64,000 nucleotides of DNA, taken from assembly GCA_025359105.1 (NCBI GenBank), contig JANYHK010000120.1:151811-215810 (forward strand). Direction: 5' to 3'. The stretch comes from Myxococcales bacterium (lineage in GTDB: Bacteria; Myxococcota_A; Polyangia; Polyangiales; Polyangiaceae). The notes beneath the pieces were generated by a model. That model saw only the letters and a program-made list of their open reading frames with translations. It ran no database searches and had not been told where the DNA came from. The translations under genes were made by a program, and so were the position numbers. Below are positions 56,690-64,000 of the stretch, piece by piece. How positions within the stretch are numbered: the stretch's first letter is position 1; every line of letters starts with the position of its first letter.

Positions 56690-57180
56690 ACGTGGCGATC
56701 GACGAGCTCGTGGCACCGGGGCGCCGCAACGAGCACGAGGGCTCGGTGGCGTGCAGGACCCTCGTGTCGGAGTTCTTGTGGCTCGATCCCGCCGATCTTG
56801 CCGGCCTGGGGCGCTGGCTCGGACGGTACCAGGATGTCACGCGCACGGTCCGCGCGCGGGAGGACGATGGGCCGTCTTCGGCGACGAACAGCGTCCCGCC
56901 TGCCATCGCGGTCCAGGACATCGTCGAGGCTGCGCAGCGCGAGGTCGTGAGGCGCCTCGGCCTGATGGGCGAGTCCGGTGGCTACGCCGTCGTCGCGGAC
57001 GTCGTCTCGGCGCGCAACGTGGTGCTGGGACCGCAGGGCTGGATCGCGGTGCGCCGCGGCCGGATGAAGCTCGTCGATCGCGTCATGTCGCTCGTCGCCG
57101 TGCCCCACCTGAACTCCTCGGAGGAGCTGGCCCCGCCCGATCGCCCTCGCGAGTCCGGCTTCGTCACGGTGCAGCGATGA
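56686..57180 (+). CDS. hypothetical cytoplasmic protein (164 aa), paralog of the C-terminal domain of the preceding lipoprotein
   Basis: The ATG overlaps the upstream stop (ATGA). There is no signal peptide. EFLWLDPADL...GYAVVADVVSARNVVLGPQGWIAVRRGRMKLVDRVMSLVAVPHLN. Confidence 0.65.
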   Translation: MNVAIDELVAPGRRNEHEGSVACRTLVSEFLWLDPADLAGLGRWLGRYQDVTRTVRAREDDGPSSATNSVPPAIAVQDIVEAAQREVVRRLGLMGESGGYAVVADVVSARNVVLGPQGWIAVRRGRMKLVDRVMSLVAVPHLNSSEELAPPDRPRESGFVTVQR

Positions 57181-57216
57181 GCGGCGGTCCCCTCGAAGCC
57201 TGAGGCGGTTGCGCCC

Positions 57217-57423
57217 TCACCTCACGTGCCAGCGCCCCTCGAAGCACTCGTAGTGCTCGTTGCGGTCGCGGCAGACGCGCGCTCCGGCGCCGCAGGGCCG
57301 TCCGTTAGGAAAGCCGTGGGTGCATGGCGGTGTCTCGTCGTTCGAGGAACGTCCGGTGGGGTTACCGGGGAACCAGCACCCGGCGGCCAGCAGCCCTAGG
57401 AACGCATGAGAGAGGCCCCGCAC
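57217..57423 (-). CDS. possible small Cys-rich lipoprotein (68 aa), weak call
   Basis: A GTG start would give VRGLSHAFLGLLAAGCWFPGNPTG...CTHGFPNGRPCGAGARVCRDRNEHYECFEGRWHVR with high GC3. There is no clear RBS, and the longer track ORF has an R-rich N-terminus. Confidence 0.3.
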   Translation of the reverse strand: MRGLSHAFLGLLAAGCWFPGNPTGRSSNDETPPCTHGFPNGRPCGAGARVCRDRNEHYECFEGRWHVR

Positions 57424-57744
57424 GCCGCCGGCGTAGCACGCTCCACACGCGTCGGGAATCTGCTCGTCGGGCACGTTGACGTGCACGTTCACGGCGCGAG
57501 ATAGGTACAGGCCCTGCAGCGGGTCGGGTGGGTGCGGATCGCCTTGGCGGTCCTGCTCACTCCGACGCGCAGCGCGGTTCGCGGTGAAGCGCGGCGTGCG
57601 CACGCGAGTGCGCGGCGCGCGCCACGCTGGCGCGGAGAAACGAAGGGTTAGCGGAGCTATCGGCCGGCACGACCTCTGCAGTGGTGGGCAGCTCATTGAG
57701 TGGTTCAACCAGTTGATGACCAGATCAGAATGCCGGAGGTCCCC

Positions 57745-58533
57745 ATGAAAATCGTCGCTTCGCTCCTCGCCCTTGCTGCACTCTCCGCCGCCAGCTTCGC
57801 CGCCCCCGCCGCGAAGAGCCAGACGCACCAAGACGGCGCGCGCTCCGGTGCGCCCGGCGGCACGTGGACCCCGTCCGCGACGCCGCCCTCGCTACCCGCG
57901 TTGCCGGCCGGGTCGGCTTCGGCGTCGGCGTCGGTCACGATCCAACCGACCGATCCGTCTGCGAGCGCCGCGCCGACGGCGCCGCCCGGACCGGCGGTGG
58001 TCCCCGCGACGCCGCCCGCCACGACGACGGCGCCCGACGCGGACCACGGGCAGTGGACGCCGGCGTCGAAGGATCGCCTGGTCGACCAGAAGTTTCTCCA
58101 CGGCTTCCGCCTCGGTTACGCGTACGTGGCGAACTTCGAGAAGCCGGTCGAGTCGCTCGACGGTGTGAGCCTGAAGGAAAAGATCAACATGAAGACGCCT
58201 CACTCCTTCCTCCTGGGGTACGAGGGCGTGGTGCGCCTCGTCGGCCACTCGTGGCTCAACGTGATCCTCGTGGGCAACGCGATGGTCGCGGGGCTCGAGC
58301 AAAGCAAGTTCTTCCCGACCGGAAATGGCCTGCTCGGCTTCGAGATCGACAACTCGTTCCAGCTCGGCGTCGGCGCGAGCGTGACGCCGCTGAGGGGTCA
58401 AGAGGCGCACAGCATCATCGCCGCGGGCTGGACGCCGCGGGCCGGTGGTTTCTACGTGCCGGTGCACGCGTTCTTCATCCCGGACGTCGACGGGCTGCAC
58501 CGGACGGGCGTGACGACCGGTGTGACCTGGTAA
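57745..58533 (+). CDS. secreted protein with Pro/Ala-rich linker and a putative small beta-barrel C-terminal domain
   Basis: RBS GGAGG. MKIVASLLALAALSAASFAAPA signal. The C-terminal domain shows alternating hydrophobic residues and ends in W, which suggests an outer-membrane beta-barrel. Confidence 0.6.
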   Translation: MKIVASLLALAALSAASFAAPAAKSQTHQDGARSGAPGGTWTPSATPPSLPALPAGSASASASVTIQPTDPSASAAPTAPPGPAVVPATPPATTTAPDADHGQWTPASKDRLVDQKFLHGFRLGYAYVANFEKPVESLDGVSLKEKINMKTPHSFLLGYEGVVRLVGHSWLNVILVGNAMVAGLEQSKFFPTGNGLLGFEIDNSFQLGVGASVTPLRGQEAHSIIAAGWTPRAGGFYVPVHAFFIPDVDGLHRTGVTTGVTW

Positions 58534-58711
58534 CCCGCGCGCCGTCGTCGCGGCTGTCCTCGCGCGCGCACGCCATCTCGCCACAATGAGGCGTTCGTGC
58601 TGTGAAGATCCGGCGAAGCCCGTGATCCCAGCCGAAACGCAGGGCTGCGAGTCGATGCATGCTTGGCGCGCTCGATGCAATGGACTGCCTGCGACAACCG
58701 AGGAGACCGTC

Positions 58712-59191
58712 ATGAACTCGATCACCGACAGCGCGGGCCACGCCACCGACCAAATCAAGGAGACCGCCACGCGCACCGCCGCGCACGCCAAGGGGAGCTT
58801 CCTCGAGTTCGGCACGCAGGTCCTCCGCCTCGTGAACGGGCTGCGCGTCTTCGAGATGGGAGGCGCCGACAACCTTCTCGACCGCGTCGGTCTGCAGCGC
58901 CAGAAGGGCGCGCTCTCCCCGCTCATGTGGTTCGCGGCGGGCGCGGCCGTCGCGGGCTCCGCCGTGCTCGTCCTCTCGCCGTCGTCGAGCCAGAAGCTCC
59001 GCCGCCAGATCGCGAAGCTCTTCACGGACGGCGTCGACGACGCCAAGCAGGTCGAGCAGGTCGTGGACAAGAAGCTCGAGACGCTGGTCGCCCACGCAAA
59101 GAAGGTCGTGAGCGACGCCGGCGAGCATCGCCTCGACCTGAGCGCCGACGGGGGTGGTAGGCACAACGGACCGCACGAGACGCGGCGATGA
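58712..59191 (+). CDS. YtxH-like (DUF948) membrane-anchored protein
   Basis: RBS GAGGAGAC. MNSITDSAGHATDQIKE..., the hydrophobic segment LSPLMWFAAGAAVAGSAVLVLSP followed by SSSQKLRRQIAKL, and a helical C-terminus. Confidence 0.6.
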   Translation: MNSITDSAGHATDQIKETATRTAAHAKGSFLEFGTQVLRLVNGLRVFEMGGADNLLDRVGLQRQKGALSPLMWFAAGAAVAGSAVLVLSPSSSQKLRRQIAKLFTDGVDDAKQVEQVVDKKLETLVAHAKKVVSDAGEHRLDLSADGGGRHNGPHETRR

Positions 59192-59198
59192 TCCTTTC

Positions 59199-60317
59199 GT
59201 GAGCACCGCCGGCGACGCCAGTGCGGACGCATCGACGTCGTTCGCGCTCCAGGGGCACCTTACGCTCGCCACCGCGGCGGAGACGTGGAGAGCCCTGCAG
59301 GAGCGCGCGCGCGCCGTCGCGTCGGGTTCCCGCATCGCGGTCGACCTCTCCGCCGTCGAGTCCATGGACGGCGGCACGATGGCGCTGCTCGTCCAGCTGC
59401 GCGCCGAGCTCGCCGCGCGCGGTGTTCGCGCCGAGCTGACCGGCGCACGCGAGGCTGTGCAGGCGCTCGTCCACCTCTACTCCGGGGACGTCGCCCCCGT
59501 TTCGGGCAAGCGCGCACCCCACGAGGGCACGCTCGCTCAGATCGGACGCGGCACCATCGAGTTCTTCCTCGAGACCCTGCGCATCCTGGGCTTTCTCGGG
59601 GACATGCTCCTGTCGGCGCTCGGCGTATTGCGTGAGCCGAAGACGGGAAATTGGAAGGATGTCGTCCCGACGATGGAGCGAACGGGCGCGAACGCCGTCC
59701 CGATCGTCGTTCTCATCAACTTTCTCGTCGGCTTCGTCATGGCCTTCCAAGGCGCGAACCAGCTGCGGCAGTTCGGCGCGAGCATCTTCGTCGCCGATCT
59801 CGTCGGCGTCTCGATCACGCGCGAGCTGGGGCCGCTGATGACCGCGATCATCGTGTGCGGTCGATCGGGCGCCGCCTTCGCGGCCGAGCTCGGCTCGATG
59901 CGCGTGTCCGAGGAGATCGACGCGCTGCGCACGATGGGCTTCGGCCCCATGCGCTACCTGGTCTTGCCGCGCACCGTGGCCCTCGTGCTCGTCATGCCAA
60001 TCCTCACGCTGCTCGGGGACTTCGTGGGGATCCTCGGCGGCATGGCCGTCGGTATCGGCGGCCTCGGCCTCACGTTCCAGGGCTATCTCATTGAGACCCG
60101 CAAGGCGGTCGTCCTCTGGGATGTCTCGTCGGGCCTCGTCAAGAGCGTCGTCTTCGCGATCGCCATCTCGCTCATCGCTTGCCAGCAGGGCTTCGCCACG
60201 ACCGGCGGCGCCGAGGGCGTCGGCCGGCGCACGACGTCGGCGGTCGTCTCCACCTTGTTCGCGCTCATCGTCATCGACGCGTGCTTCACCATGTTCTTCC
60301 ACGCGTTCAACCTATGA
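59199..60317 (+). CDS. MlaE/YrbE-type ABC transporter permease fused to an N-terminal STAS (MlaB-like) domain
   Basis: N-terminus LQGHLTLATAAETWRALQERARA...IAVDLSAVESMDGGTMALLVQL is STAS-like. The remainder is an MlaE permease (NQLRQFGASIFVADLVGVSITRELGPLMTAIIVCGRSGAAFAAELGSMRVSEEIDAL). The start is either GTG at 59199 or ATG at 59154. Confidence 0.85.
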   Translation: MSTAGDASADASTSFALQGHLTLATAAETWRALQERARAVASGSRIAVDLSAVESMDGGTMALLVQLRAELAARGVRAELTGAREAVQALVHLYSGDVAPVSGKRAPHEGTLAQIGRGTIEFFLETLRILGFLGDMLLSALGVLREPKTGNWKDVVPTMERTGANAVPIVVLINFLVGFVMAFQGANQLRQFGASIFVADLVGVSITRELGPLMTAIIVCGRSGAAFAAELGSMRVSEEIDALRTMGFGPMRYLVLPRTVALVLVMPILTLLGDFVGILGGMAVGIGGLGLTFQGYLIETRKAVVLWDVSSGLVKSVVFAIAISLIACQQGFATTGGAEGVGRRTTSAVVSTLFALIVIDACFTMFFHAFNL

Positions 60318-61054
60318 GCGCGCCCGCCCTCACCGTGACGGGTCTCACGATGGGATGGGACGACGTCGTCCTGCAACAGGACGCGACGTTCGAGGTCGCG
60401 CGCCGCGAGGTGTTCGCCGTGCTCGGCGGGAGCGGCTGCGGCAAGTCGACGCTGCTCAGGTACATGATCGGCCTCGACGCGCCGCTCGCAGGGACGATCG
60501 TGATCGACGGGATCGGCTCGCCCGATCTCGACGTCGGGCGCCCTCCCTACGGCGTGATGTTCCAGTCCGGCGCGCTCTTCGGTGGGCTCACGGTCGCCGA
60601 GAACGTCGCGCTGCAGCTCGAACGATGGACGACGCTCCCGGCCGACGCGATCAGCGCGATCGTGCGCGCGAAGCTCCGGCTGGTCGGCCTCGAAGGCGCG
60701 GAGGAAAAGCTCCCCGCCGAGCTCTCCGGCGGCATGAAGAAGCGCGCCGCCATCGCACGCGCCATGGCGCTGGAGCCCGATCTCCTCTTCCTGGACGAGC
60801 CGTCGGCCGGCCTCGATCCGGTGAGCGCGGTGGAGCTCGACGAGCTCTTTCTCACGCTGAGCCGCGTGCTCGGCCTCACGCTCGTCATCGTGACCCACGA
60901 GCTCGAGAGCATCTTCCGCATCGCCAACCAGTGCATTCTGCTCGACAAGGAAAGCAAATCCATCATCGGCAGAGGCGACCCCAAGGTGCTGCGCGACACG
61001 AGCACCGACCCGCGGGTCCACCGTTTCATGAACCGCCTGCCAAGGAGCGCCTGA
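60314..61054 (+). CDS. MlaF/Mkl-type ABC transporter ATP-binding protein
   Basis: The ATG overlaps the permease stop (ATGA). Walker A GGSGCGKST, signature LSGGMKKR, Walker B LLFLDEPSAGLD. Confidence 0.92.
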   Translation: MSAPALTVTGLTMGWDDVVLQQDATFEVARREVFAVLGGSGCGKSTLLRYMIGLDAPLAGTIVIDGIGSPDLDVGRPPYGVMFQSGALFGGLTVAENVALQLERWTTLPADAISAIVRAKLRLVGLEGAEEKLPAELSGGMKKRAAIARAMALEPDLLFLDEPSAGLDPVSAVELDELFLTLSRVLGLTLVIVTHELESIFRIANQCILLDKESKSIIGRGDPKVLRDTSTDPRVHRFMNRLPRSA

Positions 61055-62013
61055 TGGCTGCCGCAAAAGGACACTGGAAGCTCGGCCTCTTCGTCGTGGT
61101 CGGCCTCGCGCTGGGGCTCCTCTCGCTCGTTCTGCTCGGGGCCCGCAGCCTGCAGAAGGAAGTCGTCACCTACGTGAGCTTCTTCGACGAATCGGTCCAG
61201 GGCCTCGATCTCGGCTCCCCGGTGAAGTTCCGCGGCGTCACCGTCGGCAACGTCGCGGTCATCAAGGTTGCCAAGGACCGCCGGCTCGTCGAGGTCGCCC
61301 TCGATCTCGAGGTGAAGGAGCTGGAGGAAATGGGCCTCTCCGAGGGGAAGGGGAAGAACCTCAAGGTCCGCGTGCCGAACGACCTGCGCCTGCAGCTCGC
61401 GTCGCAGGGGATCACCGGCGTGAAGTTCCTTCAGCTCGACTTCTTCGACACGAAGTCGTACCCGCCGCCGCCGCTGCCGTTCCCGACGCCGGAGAACTAC
61501 ATCCCGGCCGCGGTCTCGACGATGAAGAACGTCGAGGACGCGGTCGTCACCGCGGCGAATCGGCTGCCGCAGGTGGTGGACGCCATCCTGCTCGTCGTCG
61601 GGCGCGTCGGGCGCATCTTGGACGATCTGGACTCCAAGAAGCTCCCGGAGGGCATGGCCGGCACGCTCGCACGCGCCGACCGCGTGCTCGCCCGTCTCGA
61701 GAGCGCGGTGGTCGCGCTGGACACCGGGAAGCTCTCCACGAGCGCGCAGGCGGCGATCGCGGGGCTCGGCGAGACGACCGCGCGCCTGAACGCGGTCCTC
61801 TCTCGGCTCGACGGCGACGCCGGGATCCTCGCGAGCACCCAGCGCGCGACGAGCGCGATCGGCGATGTCGCGTCGAGCTCGAGGGGCCTCGGGCAGGAGG
61901 TCGAAGAGACGCTCCGCGACGTGCAGGACGTGACCGCCGCGATTCAGCGGGTCGCCGACGCGCTCGAGCGCGATCCCGACATGCTCGTGAAAGGGCGAGG
62001 TAAGCACAAATGA
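61054..62013 (+). CDS. MlaD / MCE-domain protein
   Basis: The ATG overlaps the MlaF stop (TGATG). N-terminal transmembrane helix and an MCE domain (VTYVSFFDESVQGLDLGSPVKFRGVTVGNVAVIKV). The upstream part of the track ORF is R-rich junk. Confidence 0.85.
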   Translation: MAAAKGHWKLGLFVVVGLALGLLSLVLLGARSLQKEVVTYVSFFDESVQGLDLGSPVKFRGVTVGNVAVIKVAKDRRLVEVALDLEVKELEEMGLSEGKGKNLKVRVPNDLRLQLASQGITGVKFLQLDFFDTKSYPPPPLPFPTPENYIPAAVSTMKNVEDAVVTAANRLPQVVDAILLVVGRVGRILDDLDSKKLPEGMAGTLARADRVLARLESAVVALDTGKLSTSAQAAIAGLGETTARLNAVLSRLDGDAGILASTQRATSAIGDVASSSRGLGQEVEETLRDVQDVTAAIQRVADALERDPDMLVKGRGKHK

Positions 62014-62651
62014 GCCTTGCCGCCCGTCTGGTGATCGCCCTAGCTCTCCTGGGGTGTGCGGGTTGCGCGCTCACGTCGAAGAGCGACTCGATCGTGCTCC
62101 GCTACTTCAGCCCCGTGACCGTGACGCAGCGCACGACCGCGGCGCAGACCGACGATCGACGGGCGCCGCCGGAGATCGCGCTTCGTCTCGGGCGCGTGAA
62201 CGGGGCGCGGCATCTGAAGGAGAAGATCGCCTACCGCGACTCCGCCTACGAGCTCGCGTTCTACGACGAGCTGCGATGGACCGACAAACCCGAGGCGTTC
62301 GTGCGACGCGCGCTTCGCGGCGCGCTCTTCGAAGAGCACCGCGCACGGCAGCTCGTCGGCGGTGGAGGCCTCACCCTCGACGTGGACCTCGACGCGTTCG
62401 AAGAGATCAAGGCGCCCCGCCACGCCGCGCGCGTCTCGGTGACGTGGACGTTGCGCGATGACCAGCTCGTCCTCGCCGAGGAGTCGTTCCTTATCGAGCG
62501 AGCGTTTGCTCCGCGCGGCGAGGGAGACGGCCCCGCAGCTCTCGTCGCCGCGCTGTCGGGTGCGCTCGACGACGCAGTAGCCCGCATCGTGGCGCGGGTC
62601 CTCGTCAGCGCGCAAGCGGGCAGCACGCCGGCTCCTCGGACGCCGGGGTAG
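62010..62651 (+). CDS. ABC-transport auxiliary lipoprotein (PqiC/YmbA-like, DUF330)
   Basis: The ATG overlaps the MlaD stop (ATGA). MSLAARLVIALALLGCAGCA lipobox. This is the usual last gene of Mce-type operons. Confidence 0.72.
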   Translation: MSLAARLVIALALLGCAGCALTSKSDSIVLRYFSPVTVTQRTTAAQTDDRRAPPEIALRLGRVNGARHLKEKIAYRDSAYELAFYDELRWTDKPEAFVRRALRGALFEEHRARQLVGGGGLTLDVDLDAFEEIKAPRHAARVSVTWTLRDDQLVLAEESFLIERAFAPRGEGDGPAALVAALSGALDDAVARIVARVLVSAQAGSTPAPRTPG

Positions 62652-62680
62652 GCCCGGACCCAAGAGCTTGGCGCGCGCTC

Positions 62681-63541
62681 TCATCGCGCGGTGTCCCAGG
62701 TGGCGCGGTGATCCCTCAGGTACTCACGGAGCGAGCGTGGCGGTCGGCCGAGCAGGCGCGCGAGGGTCGGATCCACGCGCTCGGCCTGCCCTAGCCTCAG
62801 GCCCGCGTGGAGCACCGTCTGCACGCCGACCTGGGCCCACGGCATTCCGCGCGCGCGAAGGTGCATGAGGTAGCCGATGAGGCTCGCTGCGTCGTAGCGG
62901 ATCTCCCGCCGGAGGACGTCGGTGAGGGTCGCGGCCGCTGTGCGAAAGTCGACGGCCTCCGCGCCCGTCAGCGTGTAGGCGTGGCCGTCGTGCAAGGAGG
63001 GGCTCGCGAAGATCGTCGCAGCGACCTCGGCGACGTCTCGCACGTCGACGAAGGCGACGCGGCCGCGGCCGGCGGGCACGTAGACGCGCGCGTCCTCGAC
63101 GATGTCTCGACGGTAGGCGTCGCCGAAGTTCTGCGCGAAGAAGCCGGGCCTGAGCGTCGTCCAGCCGGTCGTCAGGGCGAGGGCGCGTTCGACGGCGTGA
63201 TGCGGTACGAGTGCGTTCTTCTCGGCGCCTGCGACGGAGAGAAAGACCACGTGCCGAACACCGCCGCGGCGGGCCTCTTCGACGAAGGGCAAGAGGGTCT
63301 GCTTGACGTCGGCGATGGCCGGTGGCCTCAGCAGGAACAGAGCGTCGGCACCGCTCGCGGCAGTGAACGTCGAGCGATCCCGGTAGTCGAGCTTCACGGC
63401 CTCGACGTCGTCGCCAAAGAGCGCGCGCACGCGACCGGGATCGCGATCGGCCGCGAGGGTGCCGATATTCTTGGCGCGCAGCGCGCGAACGACCTCTCGG
63501 CCGACGTTGCCGGTGGAACCGGTGACGAGCACACGAGACAT
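62681..63541 (-). CDS. NmrA-like / atypical SDR NAD(P)-binding protein
   Basis: MSRVLVTGSTGNVGREVVRAL Rossmann motif, 286 aa. Confidence 0.85.
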   Translation of the reverse strand: MSRVLVTGSTGNVGREVVRALRAKNIGTLAADRDPGRVRALFGDDVEAVKLDYRDRSTFTAASGADALFLLRPPAIADVKQTLLPFVEEARRGGVRHVVFLSVAGAEKNALVPHHAVERALALTTGWTTLRPGFFAQNFGDAYRRDIVEDARVYVPAGRGRVAFVDVRDVAEVAATIFASPSLHDGHAYTLTGAEAVDFRTAAATLTDVLRREIRYDAASLIGYLMHLRARGMPWAQVGVQTVLHAGLRLGQAERVDPTLARLLGRPPRSLREYLRDHRATWDTAR

Positions 63542-64000
63542 GACGTTTCGCTTCTACTCCCCGACCCAGAGCGCTCGAGGTTTCCTTCGGTCCACCCGCT
63601 GGGCGGCGAGCGTCGCCTTCGTCACTCGCGCAGTCTACACCGTGGTCAACTGGCCGTCTTGGGGTGGTGGTGATCCCCGTGAAGGGTCAGCGCGAGATTT
63701 GCGCGCGCCACGACCATCACGAACGAGGCCTCGACGACACGAGGAGCACCGTGAAGCCAGACGAGCTCGGGTCGCAGGGGCGGCTCGCGCTATCTGCCGT
63801 ACGGGTTCGTGGTGTGGAGCGTGGGTGACCGCGCGCGTCGGCTCCGCCGGTGACGCCATGGTCGGCGCGAGGGGATTGACGAGCGTGTCGAACGCCGCCA
63901 CGACCACTACGTGGAAGCGGTGTCCTTGGCCGAGCTCTTGGCCGCGGCCAAGAGCTCGGGCCGGCCGCTCGCGCCGGGCGTCGTCTCGCGCATCCTCGGC

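Noticed and set aside
63541-64000. Right-edge region with short ORFs (62807..63673+, 63635..63907-)
   Set aside because: R-rich and antisense to the NmrA gene. A possible gene start near 63700 on the plus strand is too short within the window to call.

Overview
The window is a high-GC (about 70 percent) chromosomal segment that looks myxobacterial or Sorangiineae-like, and it is densely coding on both strands. Evidence for that lineage includes a Myxococcus-type cysteine-rich repeat, a Ser/Thr kinase, an ECF sigma factor with an anti-sigma partner, and a very high density of lipobox proteins. I could assign about 55 CDSs from recognisable motifs read off the six-frame translations. Core genes are glmU, murA, hisG, a comEA-like gene, a TetR regulator, two histidine kinases (one hybrid, with PAS domains and a receiver), a Ser/Thr kinase, an Mla/Mce-type ABC transporter operon (STAS-MlaE fusion, MlaF, MlaD, PqiC-like lipoprotein), FGE-sulfatase, an NmrA-like protein, an Hsp20 locus, a GGDEF protein, SPFH and TolB-like lipoproteins, and a di-heme cytochrome c peroxidase fused to a beta-propeller. 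Most long R-rich ORFs lying opposite real genes are reading-frame artifacts of GC-rich DNA and were rejected. The ORF track prints GTG and TTG starts as M. I found no rRNA, tRNA, CRISPR array, transposase or integrase. The most interesting candidates are several translationally coupled gene pairs and operons with no described function: a 1314-aa lipoprotein coupled to a FadL-type outer-membrane channel, a di-heme peroxidase with a coupled secreted partner, a MoaD-like GG-terminal protein coupled to a BNR propeller, a tandem-paralog lipoprotein/cytoplasmic pair, and an Hsp20 locus that needs two frameshifts to read through. All calls are from motif recognition by eye, and no database searches were run.
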